Notes under the pieces: model-generated
The model's input: the letters and a program-made list of their open reading frames with translations, nothing else
Told to the model about the DNA's origin: nothing
The model's database searches: none
Assembly (NCBI RefSeq): GCF_018977255.1
Contig: NW_024704742.1
Span: 75,704,001-75,768,000, forward strand
Origin: Callorhinchus milii
Lineage: Eukaryota
Length of the DNA stretch: 64,000 nt
Direction of reading: 5' to 3'
Part shown: positions 61,593-64,000 of the stretch, in pieces
Numbering within the stretch: the stretch's first letter is position 1
Layout of the letters: each line of letters begins with the position of its first letter
Program-made: the position numbers and the translations under genes

Positions 61593-62285
61593 GCAACAAC
61601 AACAACAAGAATACATCTGTATAGCGCCTTTCACGTCGGGAGGACATCCCAAGGCGCTGGACAGTGTGCAGCATTTCAGACCCGAGCTGGGGTCAGGGAG
61701 GGAGAAAGGAGGGGAGGGAAAGGGGGGTTGACCGATGGCATGGTCGAAGAGGAGGGTCTTGAGGCGGTACTTGAAGGATGCTAAGGAGGGACCGAGGTGG
61801 AGTGATTGGGGGATGGAATTCCAGAGGTTGGGGGCAGAGTGGCTGAAGCCTCTCCCGCCAATGGTGGGGCGGGTGGGTCGGGGGATGTGAAGCAGGCCAG
61901 AGCCGGCTGAGTGGAGGGAGCGGGCAAAATTGTAGGGGGTTAGGAGATCGCTGTGGTAGGGTGGGGCGAGGCCATGGAGGGCTTTGTATGTGAGGACCAG
62001 GATCCTGAACTCGATCCTCTGAAGGATAGGGAACCAATGGAGTCGGGCGAGAATGGGAGAGATGGGGTCACGGAGTTTGGTGCGGGAGAGGACATGGGTT
62101 GCAGAGTTCTGGATTATCTGCAGTCTGTGGAGGGAGGAGTCGGGAAGGCCGACAAGCAGGGCGTTTGCATAGTCGAGCCTGGAGGTGATGAAGGCATGAA
62201 AAAGGGTTTCAGCGGCCTGAGGGGTGAAGTAGTGATGGAGCCGGGTGATGTTACGGAGGTGAGGGAAGGCAGAGTGGGTCATGGC
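61593..62285 (-). mobile_element. 5'-truncated L2 LINE with open ORF2 C-terminus
   Basis: ORF 61530..62282 HAFITSRLDYANALL...LHWFPILQRIEFRILVLTYKALHGLAP; tail and (TTG)n. Confidence 0.92.
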
Positions 62286-62304
62286 TTGGTCCCGCTGTTG
62301 AGAT

Positions 62305-62465
62305 TGTCTGTGTGTCTCTACTCCGTCTCTAAAGTTTGTGTGGGTTTGTGAACGTGTGTGTCTGTGTATGTGTGTGTGTGTCTATGAGTGTGTCTCTGTG
62401 GGTATGTATGTGTCTCTCTCTCCCTCTCTGAGTGTGTGTGTTTCTCTGGGTCTCTGTGTCTGTGC
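62305..62465. repeat. Imperfect (GT)n/(CT)n microsatellite
   Basis: Directly visible. Confidence 0.85.
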
Positions 62466-64000
62466 GGTGGCGGCCCAGAGCAGTGATGACCTCCTGGAGC
62501 CCTGCAGTCAGGACACTGGTGAGCTTGGTGAGCAATGCTGGTGTTTAACGCATTTCCAGGCCTTGAAATATAGTGTGGGGTGGAAATGGACCATTCGGCC
62601 CTTCGGGCCTGTGCTGGTGTCCCCCACCCCCCTCCCCTGAGTGGGCCACACAGTTTTTGTTAAATTTGCAACAATCTAATATGTGTTCTTTCTTCATGTT
62701 TAGTTTTTATCAATAAAATGAAAAAAATCAAAGTTGGCAGTAAAATGTGCCTCTCAATAGCATCAATCAATTCCCTGCAATTTCCAGCAAGATTTTTTAA
62801 ATTGCCCTGCAATTTTGGCAAAATATTTCTGCAATTTTCTATTGGCTCTGCTCATAGCTCATTTCTCTACACTGGGGATCATCCTCAATGTTCTTCTTTG
62901 CACTGTCTCTGGGGCCGGGGCATGTTGCCTGGGCAGTGCTAAGGTGCGCTGCATTGTTGGAAGTGAAAGATGAGGTGCTAAACAGTGGTCTCGTCTGCCT
63001 TTTAAGTTGGACATTAAAGATTTCATGGCATTTGAAAAGGGAAGGGATTTTCAAAGGTGACCTGGCCAACAATCACCCAAATAAAATTGGTCACTCGCTT
63101 CATGTCTGTTTGTAGGATGTTGCTATGTGCAAAATTGGCCGTCATGTTTACCCACAAAACACACCATGAAGCTCTTTGGGAAGTCCTCCCAATGTGAAAG
63201 GCACTACACCAAATGGAAGCATTATTATTATTAAACTCTCTGGGACGCTACCCTTCGTGAGGAGCTCTGTACCAAATATCAAAATCCAAGGATTATTATT
63301 ATTATATAGATGCAAGTTGATGTTATATTCACCTTGTAGCAATGTGTGGGATCTTGCTGGCACAAATGGCTGCTGCATTTGTCTACAAGTCAGCACACTT
63401 GACAGCAGTTATTTGTGAAGATGCTACAATAATGAAAGTTCTTTCTATGCACATTTTTGAAAGTTATAGAGGTAATGTTCTGTTTACATTCTGTGTGAAG
63501 TTATGCGTTTGCACTGGCCTAAAAAACCCTGCACTTCTATTGTACTAGAAATTGCTTCCATACATAAAAGATCATCAAAATTGCAATTAAGCTGTTCTGA
63601 TTTATTATAAATACTGTAGTGAACTGTGGACTTGGATTTAAGATTATCTGAGTTAATAAGTTACAATGGAACCTCAGTTGCAATGTAACTCATTAACTCA
63701 CATCACTAGGCAGTGTGTAAAAGATGGGTAGATTTGAAATTTCCATTAATCTTATGATAGTCACATGCCTCAAATAGCAATTTACATTTATAGTATAAAG
63801 CGTCTTTCACGTCAGGATGAAAGCACTTCACACCAGTGAATGGGAGCCCAAGCTGGGGAGGGGGGAGGTGACCAAAGATGCAGTCAAAGAGGTAGATTTT
63901 CAGAAAGGGGTTTTGAAATCAGAGAGGTAGCAGGGAGCAGGTGAGCGAGTGAGTGAACGCTTGCCTGGCAATTGTGTGGTTGAAGGGCTGAGCAATGTAG

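Overview
Eukaryotic (vertebrate) genomic DNA, most likely from a cartilaginous fish. This is inferred from SacSINE1/Deu-type SINEs plus dense L2 and CR1 LINE debris; the species cannot be determined here. It contains three intron-containing genes in the order and orientation known from human 4q23. DAPP1/Bam32 (+) has coding exons 2-9 at 12216-24626; exon 1 was not found. LAMTOR3/MP1 (-) has a complete 124-aa CDS in 6 coding exons at 28341-40563, with a CpG-island promoter at ~44.7-45.2 kb. DNAJB14 (-) has its last 6 coding exons at 53852-61510, and its 5' exons lie beyond the window. All exons were assembled by hand with GT-AG boundaries and matching phases. Most remaining sequence is retroelement: a young tRNA-headed Deu-type SINE (10+ near-identical copies) sharing its 3' stem-loop with L2 LINEs, older SINEs, L2/CR1 fragments and MITE-like repeats. 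Nearly all ORFs in the supplied track are spurious or LINE remnants. I found no novel protein-coding system. The most interesting signals are non-coding: (1) a G-rich GTCAC minisatellite abutting a perfect CLEAR motif near the LAMTOR3 promoter; (2) a SINE with an internal inverted copy of its own tail, yielding TIR-bounded derivatives; (3) covarying LINE/SINE 3' stem-loops; (4) a local duplication that preserves a pre-insertion site; (5) a symmetric AP-1/E-box element in a DAPP1 intron.
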